Positions 29,227-37,492 of a DNA stretch of 64,000 bases are shown here, in pieces. The notes beneath the pieces were generated by a model. The model saw nothing but the letters and a program-made list of their open reading frames with translations. It ran no database searches and had not been told where the DNA came from. The stretch spans positions 96,001-160,000 of the IMG/VR virus record IMGVR_UViG_3300009104_000002, one strand, 5' to 3'. The stretch's first letter is position 1. Every line of letters begins with the position of its first letter. The position numbers and the translations under genes were made by a program. The stretch comes from a virus.

Positions 29227-29777
29227 TAGTCCTTCTTTTGTTCTTCGAGCATATAGCTCATCCAATATGGCTGATAAGTGTATCCCGGCTTGATTGACCC
29301 CTTTTCTGCAGCCTGCGGAACTTCTCCAAGCTCTGTTGAGTCTTTATCTGTGGGGTGTGTATAATAATCATCGAGCATCTTTTCATAATCTTCAATATAA
29401 TCATAATATGGTTGCTCTTCTTTTAAAAATTTATAAATTCCATAAATTGTGTAATCTACAGCGTTGATGTCCTCATCTTTCGGAGTCGGAATTAGACCCT
29501 CAAGAGACCCATAAACACTACCTCCCCTTACGGACTCGTAATCAACCACTCCGCGCCTCTTTAGAAATTCAAAAAGACGACTTTGCGCCTCATAAACTGT
29601 TTCCGAAAAGTCATTTTTAGCGAAAGTTACGACTTTGCTCTTTTGCGGCATTATTACAATATCCATTTCTTCGTGATCAAAAATTAGAATATTCCCATCC
29701 AGAGATTTTCTAGCTTTTAATTCTAGAGTAACTGTTTTTTCTAGATGTGCGCCTCCGACCTGAATTGTAATTGGCAT
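29226..29777 (-). CDS. hypothetical protein in the head module
   Basis: 183 aa, tightly packed between neighbours. Confidence 0.75.
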   Translation of the reverse strand: MPITIQVGGAHLEKTVTLELKARKSLDGNILIFDHEEMDIVIMPQKSKVVTFAKNDFSETVYEAQSRLFEFLKRRGVVDYESVRGGSVYGSLEGLIPTPKDEDINAVDYTIYGIYKFLKEEQPYYDYIEDYEKMLDDYYTHPTDKDSTELGEVPQAAEKGSIKPGYTYQPYWMSYMLEEQKKD

Positions 29778-29778
29778 T

Positions 29779-30597
29779 TTATTGTAATTCCTTAACTAAA
29801 TTCTGAATTTTTAGAATTTCGTGAATAAATTTATTATCAAGAGTTCGCTTTGATGTTGATTCCAATATTTCTAAAACTTTTTTTGTTTTTTCGAACATCT
29901 CTACGTCTGATTTTATCTCTCTCGAATTTAAAGATTCAGTTACCGCCCTTCTTAATCTTGGTATTTCTTCATTTAAAAAAATTTTCATTTCAACACCATT
30001 ATCCGAAAATGACCCAATATATCTGCTTAAAAGAAGTTTTTGCTCTTCTAAAAGTTGTCCTGAGTATTTTTCATTGAATTTTTTAACGAATGTCTTATAT
30101 GTTAAATTATCAATTGGCTTTAATAAATCCCTATCCTTCTCTTCTTGACTAATCATACCGCTAACCATTTGATTTTCCAGCAATACTCTTTGTCTTGTTT
30201 TAACCCTAGGATTGAAAATTTGGAAAACTGTTGCCAAATCTTTATAGTTTGGAATAAAATTTGAAAAAACCTCCGAGGATACATTCTTATTTATCTTATT
30301 GATAATCGCACTCTGCTCTTCGAAGAGCTGTTTATGATTTATTCCCTTTTTCTGCATTCTTGATTCAAAAATAATTCTTTGGGCAGTATTTTTATCTACA
30401 TTCTTAGTATAAAGGATGGATTTATAAATTTCCAAATCTTTAGCCAAAGTAGTGTTGCCCTTAAAGTGCTCTCTTATCAGCGTCATTATCGTGCGCTTTT
30501 TATGATCATCTTTATCAATAACTGACTTTGTCAATTCTCTTATTAGCGCCTCAAAAATAAAGGCTGTATTACGCTTTTTGTTGTGTTTCATCTTCAT
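29779..30597 (-). CDS. hypothetical helical protein downstream of the portal
   Basis: 272 aa; overlaps the portal end by 29 nt; KHNKKRNT N-terminus. Confidence 0.75.
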   Translation of the reverse strand: MKMKHNKKRNTAFIFEALIRELTKSVIDKDDHKKRTIMTLIREHFKGNTTLAKDLEIYKSILYTKNVDKNTAQRIIFESRMQKKGINHKQLFEEQSAIINKINKNVSSEVFSNFIPNYKDLATVFQIFNPRVKTRQRVLLENQMVSGMISQEEKDRDLLKPIDNLTYKTFVKKFNEKYSGQLLEEQKLLLSRYIGSFSDNGVEMKIFLNEEIPRLRRAVTESLNSREIKSDVEMFEKTKKVLEILESTSKRTLDNKFIHEILKIQNLVKELQ

Positions 30598-32545
30598 TTA
30601 TCTGAATCTCCGAATTTTCTAATTCTACAATTAAATCACGAATTTCTGATTTAGCCTCGAATAGCAATGTTTCCTCGCTATTATAAGTAGGCTCTCCAAC
30701 TTCGTAAATACCCCTAGAAAGACCCATTAAATCGGACATTCCTGGGGTAATATCTTTTTGTTTTGGTATGGCCATGGCTGAATAATTGTGTTGACGGCCG
30801 GTGCGGCTGTCTCCGCCTCTAAATTTTTTAGAAACGTATTTCTTTCCCTTAGCTTTCTTGGAGAGAGATCTTTTTGTGTGTTTTCTTGAGCGATCATCTC
30901 TTTTTGCCGGAGCTGCCAAGAGGGCACCTTCGTCATCGTCGCCGGGACCCTCTCCTCCGAGATCCTCTCCACCGAGATCCTCTCCACCGAGATCAAAATC
31001 ATCTCCACCCATATCATCACCCAAATCTCCCATTTCATCAGAACCGAGTCCGAGGTCCCCACCCAAACTGGCGGCGGCCTGTTCGCCGGCGGATTCGGCG
31101 GCTGCATTCAATTCTGCCTCATACGTTCTGTCGTGAAACATTTCTCTTTGATTTCTGACAAATTCCTCTTCCGATAAATTAAAAATATTTTGAGCAATCC
31201 AGCGACGGCTAAAGAAATTCTCCGTTGCACCCCCCGCAATATCAAATTTAATTTTCCAGTGCTCTAATTCCTGCATTTCTGCTATCTTGGAGGGATTATT
31301 TAGCTTCAACCTGAAACCAACAAGATCGTCACCCCTGAAACCAAGCGTATAGAGGTGGACAATTCCTATTTTTTCAAGTTCTGCGATAACGGCGCGCTGC
31401 AACCTCTGGATTGTCCGTGCAAATCTTACGTCTTTTTGTGCTAAAGTTGTTTTATCCTCGTTAGCTCCCCCCTCCGAATCACTTGAGAGGTATGCGGACG
31501 GAATTTTCAGTGCAGCAAAGAGTTTATCTCTAAGATATTTAACATCATCAATGTCTCCAGTGAACTGTCCACCCTGCAATGTTTCGATTTTTGATGATTC
31601 ACCGCCGCGAACTGGAATGAAATAGTCCTCTTCTACCGAAAGCGGATTATAACGTAAGTCGACGCGGCCCGTATTGGCATCAACTACTTGATTTCTCTTC
31701 ATGGAAGTAATTGTTTTCTGGACAAAGGTTTCGACATCTTGCGGAGCGATGTTACCCACATCAATATAAAAAACGCGGCGCTCAGCAGAGCGAACGATGC
31801 GATAAGCCATCATTGCGTCTTCCATTAGTGTCAATTGTCTCCAAATTCTCCTTCCAGACTCAAGAACCGAAGTACCATACGGGGAGTATTTGTCATTTCC
31901 CAACACTCTAAAGTGAGCAATTTGCCAATTTTCAAAAGTCATACCGGCAGAATTCCACTGGTACTGGACATAATTGGGATTTGTTGGATCTTCTCCCTCC
32001 ATTCTCTCCACCTCTTTAAGCGGGATGGGGATTACGGATTTAATTCCAATTCTCTCGTCAATATCGAGATAAAGAATAAAATCTCCGAATTTGCACATAG
32101 ATCGGCACCAGCCATAGAGATTGTGATTAATATTTAAAATATTTTCGTATAATGACCTCAAAATAGATTTAATTTCTTCGTTTGAACACTCAACGTGCAA
32201 CATGGGAGACAATGCTGAATGAGTCGTCATCTCATCTGCATAAATATCCATAGCAGATGCAATTTCGGGCATATATTCCATCTGCTCATAGTCAATATAT
32301 CTTTCTGCCCTGTTTTGTTGTGCCATTATTTTTGAATGCATGACATCAAACGGGCTGTATTCTGATCTTCTGAATTGTTGACCCGACGCTGACCTGAATT
32401 GCGTGGAATATTTGTCCAGGGCGCTTCTTCGAATCTTCCGGTTCATTTGTGTACGCCAGTTTACAATTGGTCCGGAAAATAGTCTTGTTAGTCTTCTAAA
32501 TAATTCAGATTGTGGATTATTTGGATTCTTTTTTTGATCAGCCAT
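30569..32545 (-). CDS. gp20: portal vertex protein, T4 gp20 family
   Basis: AMMAYRIVRSAERRVFYIDVGN, EEDYFIPVRGG, DVKYLRDKLFAALKIP motifs. Confidence 0.96.
   Translation of the reverse strand: MADQKKNPNNPQSELFRRLTRLFSGPIVNWRTQMNRKIRRSALDKYSTQFRSASGQQFRRSEYSPFDVMHSKIMAQQNRAERYIDYEQMEYMPEIASAMDIYADEMTTHSALSPMLHVECSNEEIKSILRSLYENILNINHNLYGWCRSMCKFGDFILYLDIDERIGIKSVIPIPLKEVERMEGEDPTNPNYVQYQWNSAGMTFENWQIAHFRVLGNDKYSPYGTSVLESGRRIWRQLTLMEDAMMAYRIVRSAERRVFYIDVGNIAPQDVETFVQKTITSMKRNQVVDANTGRVDLRYNPLSVEEDYFIPVRGGESSKIETLQGGQFTGDIDDVKYLRDKLFAALKIPSAYLSSDSEGGANEDKTTLAQKDVRFARTIQRLQRAVIAELEKIGIVHLYTLGFRGDDLVGFRLKLNNPSKIAEMQELEHWKIKFDIAGGATENFFSRRWIAQNIFNLSEEEFVRNQREMFHDRTYEAELNAAAESAGEQAAASLGGDLGLGSDEMGDLGDDMGGDDFDLGGEDLGGEDLGGEGPGDDDEGALLAAPAKRDDRSRKHTKRSLSKKAKGKKYVSKKFRGGDSRTGRQHNYSAMAIPKQKDITPGMSDLMGLSRGIYEVGEPTYNSEETLLFEAKSEIRDLIVELENSEIQINEDETQQKA
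30957..30994. repeat. 15-bp tandem repeat (CCGAGATCCTCTCCA x2.5) encoding (D)LGGE repeats
   Basis: read directly from sequence, in the acidic tail of the portal. Confidence 0.85.
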
Positions 32546-32548
32546 TTC

Positions 32549-34138
32549 TTATCCTTTTATTAGCCATGAATATTGCTTATAGTCTTCTTTTGCCTTAAAC
32601 ATTTTTTCATCCAAGGCCTCTTTCTTATTATAACCTTCCATTCCTGGAATTGTTGTATTTATTTTTGTATTGACAGCAACCATTGAGTTTAAACAAGCTT
32701 TTTTAAATTCTATATCTCTTTTATTTACTGTTAGCGCCGTGTCTCTTACCCAGCATGCTATTGCTAATGACATTATTAAGTCATCATTATATCCCCTCAT
32801 TGCTTGAGGTTTGCCATTATGCCAGATAAAAGTGCGCAATTCGTTGGAAAAGCGAACAGAATATACTTTAATTAGTTTGTTTCTCACAAATTCTTCCAAT
32901 TTTGCCACAATAAGGGGCCGTGTTTTTAAAGAAGTAGTAAATCCCGCCACTGCGTTGGCCATTCTTTCGCCCTGGTGACTCTCTACAAACTCATGAGTGC
33001 TTTTTACGGAGTAATATAAGTTTGAATATTCTAAATCAATGAGCTTTTCAAGCACAGATATTCCAATTCCAACATTTTCCACCACCAATAAGCAGTTTCC
33101 ATATTCTTTTCCCGCTTGCATGAGGACGTTGGAGTACATATCCAAACTTGGTTTTCCTTGATATTCCGCAACAACCTCCATTGTTTCTAGTTTTATAATA
33201 TGAAACACAGAATAATCTGCGCCGTCGCCTCTGGCAACGTCTGCCACCAGCAAATAAGAACATTGAGGATCATATTCTTCCCAAATCCACATATTTCTGT
33301 CGAATCCTGCCCTATATTTAGGATCACATACCATTCCCTCTATCCAGTTAATGTCGTCTGGGTGGATCACGCTCTCACCTGATGTATTGAAGTTGCATTC
33401 TAGCTCTTGGGCTATCTCTCGGCGAGACATATTCCTTGTTTCTTTGTCGAACCAAGCCTGATCTCTGTCAGGATGGACGTCCCAGTTCAACATAATGGGA
33501 TGAAAATCGTTTGATCCCTCCGATGCCTCGCTATATGTCTTGTGAAACCAATTTCCCACACCATTTGGAGTTGATAATGCGATCACTCGACCACCAGTTG
33601 AGATTGTGGGATATAAGCCGGCCCATAATTCATCCAAATTCTCAACGTGTGCGGCCTCGTCGATCACCAGAAGAGAGAGGGCTTCAGAACGACCAGCATC
33701 GCCGGAAGTAGATGCGGCTTGGATCTGAGAGCCGTTAGAAAGTTCGAAAGATGCCCTATTGTCGATAGATATTTCCGCGATGAGAAGGAAATTCGGAATA
33801 TTTTTCATAATTGCCTTGACTTTCTTAACAAGGTTGGCCGCTGTTTTGAACTTTGTGGCCATAACGAGGATGTTTTTGTCTCTATGAAACAACATCATCC
33901 AAACAATATAGCCGGCAGCGATGGTTGAGATACCCAACTGTCGTGCTTTGAGGATTACATTAAAGCGATAATCATTAAAATCAACTAACAAATCCGCCTG
34001 ATAATCATATGTCTTGAATGGAATAAGTCCCTTGATCGGATGTGAGATTCTTGCGTAATTATTTACGAAATAGACCGGATCTTTTCCACACTTTAATATT
34101 TCAGCTACTATTTCCTTTTTGGATAGTGTGTATGACAT
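32549..34138 (-). CDS. gp17: terminase large subunit, T4 gp17 family
   Basis: LKARQLGIST Walker A, LLVIDEAAH Walker B, STPNG, VADVARGDGADYS and NDDLIMS nuclease motifs. Confidence 0.96.
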   Translation of the reverse strand: MSYTLSKKEIVAEILKCGKDPVYFVNNYARISHPIKGLIPFKTYDYQADLLVDFNDYRFNVILKARQLGISTIAAGYIVWMMLFHRDKNILVMATKFKTAANLVKKVKAIMKNIPNFLLIAEISIDNRASFELSNGSQIQAASTSGDAGRSEALSLLVIDEAAHVENLDELWAGLYPTISTGGRVIALSTPNGVGNWFHKTYSEASEGSNDFHPIMLNWDVHPDRDQAWFDKETRNMSRREIAQELECNFNTSGESVIHPDDINWIEGMVCDPKYRAGFDRNMWIWEEYDPQCSYLLVADVARGDGADYSVFHIIKLETMEVVAEYQGKPSLDMYSNVLMQAGKEYGNCLLVVENVGIGISVLEKLIDLEYSNLYYSVKSTHEFVESHQGERMANAVAGFTTSLKTRPLIVAKLEEFVRNKLIKVYSVRFSNELRTFIWHNGKPQAMRGYNDDLIMSLAIACWVRDTALTVNKRDIEFKKACLNSMVAVNTKINTTIPGMEGYNKKEALDEKMFKAKEDYKQYSWLIKG

Positions 34139-34149
34139 TTGTTATTCTT

Positions 34150-34857
34150 TTAAGATTTAACGTGCTTCTTTAAAATATGGTCCCCGATGGGAACGCTCGA
34201 AGTTTCATTGTGGTTACCTGTGAGCCACACAAATTTGCCGTCGCGGGGCTCCAGGTGCGTTTTCAAAATATCACCCTCTGCGCGTCCGTCGTATGTATTC
34301 TCGATTCCTCCGTTTATATCAGAAGTTAATGTAAGGGTCCAATAATGGTTTGAAAATCTGCCTTCTTTCAAAAACTTTTGGTATTTTACATCCACAGAAT
34401 TTGAAATTCCCTCACCAAGAGTCTCAACGTTCTTCATTCCACCAATTTTAAAAAGTTTATGACACATAACAAACGTCCTAATTCGACTCGTATTTTGCAC
34501 AATACATTTTATTTCCTCTTTTGGAGAGAGTGAAAGAGATTTCCCTGTGATTATTTTATATTCTTTTTTAAGAAAGTCCGCAATTGCATGAATTCTGCGA
34601 TCACACTCCTCTTCGAATCCAGATGCATAAACATCGGACAATTTTATATTTGCCTCATAATTAATTTGAAGCATATCTCCGATAATTTTCACCCCGAAGC
34701 CGTCTAGGACGCGAGAATCGATAATTGGACAGCCCTCCTCTCGACTTAGTCCGATTTTCTTGGCATCTCCACTTACGAAGCGTTCGTCGTGGGCGCCATC
34801 ATAGGCATTTGCGGCTGCCTGATTAATACCTTGTATAATTTCTAATGTTGTTGCCAT
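34150..34857 (-). CDS. hypothetical protein upstream of the terminase
   Basis: 235 aa; TAATG overlap; possible appended domain after FLKE. Confidence 0.75.
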   Translation of the reverse strand: MATTLEIIQGINQAAANAYDGAHDERFVSGDAKKIGLSREEGCPIIDSRVLDGFGVKIIGDMLQINYEANIKLSDVYASGFEEECDRRIHAIADFLKKEYKIITGKSLSLSPKEEIKCIVQNTSRIRTFVMCHKLFKIGGMKNVETLGEGISNSVDVKYQKFLKEGRFSNHYWTLTLTSDINGGIENTYDGRAEGDILKTHLEPRDGKFVWLTGNHNETSSVPIGDHILKKHVKS

Positions 34858-35198
34858 TATTCTTCCCTCGTGTCGGCCATTAATTGCCGGATCTTGTCTG
34901 CGAGCCTCTCGCGTTGGCCCACTGGCGTTTCTTTTCCGGAATAACGCGACACTCGCACATCGCCACTTGACAGGGCGTTGACGGCCGCGATTAAATTAAT
35001 CCAATGCTGCTCTTCTGATGTTTGTGGAGACTCTGTACTCTGGCGACCGTCGAAAGAGTCGCTAAACGGAGTTCCGCCCAGGTCAACGTCGCCACCCTCC
35101 TCCTCGCTCCAGTCCCATTTCCCACCTTTAAAACCTTCAGAAATAGATTCAAGCTCTTCTTTAATGATTTTTCTCAATTGTGATTTCGTAAGTTTCAT
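34857..35198 (-). CDS. leader-bearing protein (MKLTKSQLRKIIKEE), putative internal head protein
   Basis: GAGGA SD; leader shared with 36420-37259 and 41628-41924. Confidence 0.7.
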   Translation of the reverse strand: MKLTKSQLRKIIKEELESISEGFKGGKWDWSEEEGGDVDLGGTPFSDSFDGRQSTESPQTSEEQHWINLIAAVNALSSGDVRVSRYSGKETPVGQRERLADKIRQLMADTREE

Positions 35199-35201
35199 AA
35201 T

Positions 35202-35585
35202 TTATTCCTCTTGTTGTGGGCGCCAGCCTGCTTTCCAGCGATTTTCTCTGCCTTCGACCCATTGTATATAACATTTAAAGCAACAATCAAACTTTGTCAT
35301 GTAAACATTGTCTCGCAAATCAAAAGAAAATGAAGAACAAACCGGACAAACTCGATCCTCGTCTTTACTAAATAGTTTTTTACTTATTAAAATGCCATCA
35401 ACTTCTACTTTTTCGTTCTTTTCTCGGTATTTTACCTCTTTTTGATACAATTCGCGAAGTTGTTGCTGGTATTCTTTTTCTTTCTCGTCAGTCCAATCAG
35501 ATTTGGGGTGTTTTATAGCCTCTTTTCCATACTTCTTAGAAATGGCGATTTCATACTTGGCGATTTCGTTTAAATCTTTCTTCAT
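35202..35585 (-). CDS. hypothetical protein with C-terminal CxxC...CxxC zinc finger
   Basis: start MKKDLNE at 35585 (ATGA overlap); CPVC...CFKC. Confidence 0.7.
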   Translation of the reverse strand: MKKDLNEIAKYEIAISKKYGKEAIKHPKSDWTDEKEKEYQQQLRELYQKEVKYREKNEKVEVDGILISKKLFSKDEDRVCPVCSSFSFDLRDNVYMTKFDCCFKCYIQWVEGRENRWKAGWRPQQEE

Positions 35586-36013
35586 TTGTTTACCGCGTAA
35601 GATAATCCAACTGTTGCTCCGACTCCGACAACAAATCCTCCGATAATTCCCCACATAAGGGCGTTCTTACCGGGCTTTTTGGCGATGATTTTGTTTAATT
35701 GCTCAATCTCTGTATTTTTTATATTTAGGGTTGTCTCAAATCTTTCCCTTTCTGTGTCAATTGTAATATTTAGCTGATCTATTTTTAACTCATACTGAGC
35801 TTTTTGTTTTTCGAGTTCGAATCCCAGCTTTAGGTCGTACTCTTCTTTCAAAAACTTATTATTCGCCAATAATCTTGCCGTTGCCTCTGGATCAAAGAGA
35901 GTTCCGGTAAACGGGGCCGGCTCCCCCGCTTGAATAAAGGTAAATTTACCATCAGACGCCTGGGCTGTGTTTAAGAATCCCAAAAAGAATAACAGCAGTG
36001 CCTTATTCCACAT
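35582..36013 (-). CDS. secreted/membrane coiled-coil protein (spanin-like?)
   Basis: signal peptide MWNKALLLFFLGFLNTAQA, coiled coil, C-terminal Gly-rich TM; start reassigned to 36013. Confidence 0.55.
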   Translation of the reverse strand: MWNKALLLFFLGFLNTAQASDGKFTFIQAGEPAPFTGTLFDPEATARLLANNKFLKEEYDLKLGFELEKQKAQYELKIDQLNITIDTERERFETTLNIKNTEIEQLNKIIAKKPGKNALMWGIIGGFVVGVGATVGLSYAVNK

Positions 36014-36404
36014 ATTCAAACCCAAAAGCCTCCTCAATTTCTCTTGCCAATTCTTCTGGCTGTTCCTCGAAGTCTCGGATGAACTCTTTTATGTCCTCTT
36101 CTTTAGCCTTCTTTAAATCTTCTACCGCCTCTTCGTATTTGTCGGTTATTTCTTTTAGCTCTCTTTCATATTCTATGATTGCGGCTTCTCTTGCTGCCAA
36201 CTCTTTCTTGTGAAGTTCCTCAAGTGCGGCAATTTGCTCTTCATAGCTCGTGCTCATGACCTCCATAGACTTTCTCAAGGAGGCATAATCATTTTTTGTA
36301 ACAAAAAATAAGACAAGCATAACAACTAAGCCAACACCTTGCCAGTTTTTAATCAGAAATGAACCTGCTGACTTAAAAATGTCGCCAATGTTGATGTTAA
36401 TCAA
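36003..36404 (-). CDS. N-anchored coiled-coil membrane protein (i-spanin-like)
   Basis: TTG start with AAGGAA; TM WQGVGLVVMLVLFFV followed by a long coiled coil. Confidence 0.55.
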   Translation of the reverse strand: MININIGDIFKSAGSFLIKNWQGVGLVVMLVLFFVTKNDYASLRKSMEVMSTSYEEQIAALEELHKKELAAREAAIIEYERELKEITDKYEEAVEDLKKAKEEDIKEFIRDFEEQPEELAREIEEAFGFEYVE

Positions 36405-36419
36405 TTTTAATTCCTTTTA

Positions 36420-37259
36420 TTACCCAAAGTCCACCACTTCATCGATAGCTTCCAAGAAAGCTGCGTATGAAAGTTCGTCGTTGTATCCCATTTCGGACAG
36501 CTTCTTTTTTCGACTCTGAAAGCTTTCAATTGTGCCCTTAGGGGGAATAGTTCTTATGATTTCACCCCTGGTTTTACCGAGTTGATGGCCGTATTTGGCG
36601 ACAATGGACCTGATGTCTCGCCATGGCTTCATAGAAAGGCTCGCATAATGATTTGTGATTTCGTTTTCGAAGCCGCCAGTGAGCATCTCCAGAAATGGCA
36701 TCAGCTTATCATATCCCCCAAGATCAATGGCAGAACCAATAGTGGCAGCCCACATGTCCACAACATCGGGGTAGGTGTCCCACATATCGAGTTCGTCCTC
36801 TTTTCGGGCGCGCTTTTCTTCTTCGGTATCTTGACTGCCCTGACTTTGTGGTCGTGGGTATCCACCTTGACCTCCTTGTCCTTGCGACTCATCTTCTTCT
36901 TTGAAAAGTCTGGACAATTCCTCTTTGATGATCTTTTTGAGGTATTTTTTAGAGATATCTACTTCAATTCTAGCTGATTTCTTTTTTTCATAAAGGTGGC
37001 TATTATCGTCCGGATCCAGTATGCGCCGGAGCTTATCATATGCCCCTCTCAATGCCTCGAATTCCATCGGCACCAACCCAAAAACTCCGGCTTCGAGCTG
37101 GTGTACAAAGGTCGGTAGTGACATTCCCTCGGGCGTGCGGGGGATTGGATTGTCCGCAATATATTGTTGGATTTGTGCGATGACATCTTCATCTTCCGCC
37201 AGAATTGTTGACTTCTCCTCTTTAATAATTTCCCTAAGTTGCTTTTTTGTAATTTTCAT
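36420..37259 (-). CDS. protein with two tandem leader+cargo modules, putative internal head polyprotein
   Basis: MKITKKQLREIIKEE at the N-terminus and ISKKYLKKIIKEE internally (36918-36956); GGGAG SD. Confidence 0.75.
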   Translation of the reverse strand: MKITKKQLREIIKEEKSTILAEDEDVIAQIQQYIADNPIPRTPEGMSLPTFVHQLEAGVFGLVPMEFEALRGAYDKLRRILDPDDNSHLYEKKKSARIEVDISKKYLKKIIKEELSRLFKEEDESQGQGGQGGYPRPQSQGSQDTEEEKRARKEDELDMWDTYPDVVDMWAATIGSAIDLGGYDKLMPFLEMLTGGFENEITNHYASLSMKPWRDIRSIVAKYGHQLGKTRGEIIRTIPPKGTIESFQSRKKKLSEMGYNDELSYAAFLEAIDEVVDFG

Positions 37260-37262
37260 TTC

Positions 37263-37463
37263 TCATGCTCCCTTCAATTTAACGATTGCGTCAATTACGG
37301 ATTGACCCCCGATATATAGCGCGCTCAGAATAAGCCAATCTCCACTTTCGATATTGGAGGTAAACATCAGCGCGGTGGCCGTGACCCAAACGAGTAGTTT
37401 TCTTGAAACCACTTTTTCTAAAACTTTATCTACTGCACCTTTTGCCATTTCAGTCATTGTCAT
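37263..37463 (-). CDS. putative holin
   Basis: 66 aa; SRK motif followed by two hydrophobic helices; basic C-terminus. Confidence 0.6.
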   Translation of the reverse strand: MTMTEMAKGAVDKVLEKVVSRKLLVWVTATALMFTSNIESGDWLILSALYIGGQSVIDAIVKLKGA

Positions 37464-37482
37464 AAATTCCTTCTCAATAACT

Positions 37483-37491
37483 ATAAATAGT
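37483..37491 (-). promoter_or_regulatory. putative late promoter ACTATTTAT(A)
   Basis: exact motif in a 29-nt gap right after the Mre11-Rad50 stop. Confidence 0.65.
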
Positions 37492-37492
37492 T

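Noticed and set aside
17115-34138. Inteins, introns or homing endonucleases in the terminase, portal or capsid genes
   Set aside because: ORFs are continuous with ordinary lengths, and no splicing, LAGLIDADG or HNH motifs were noticed
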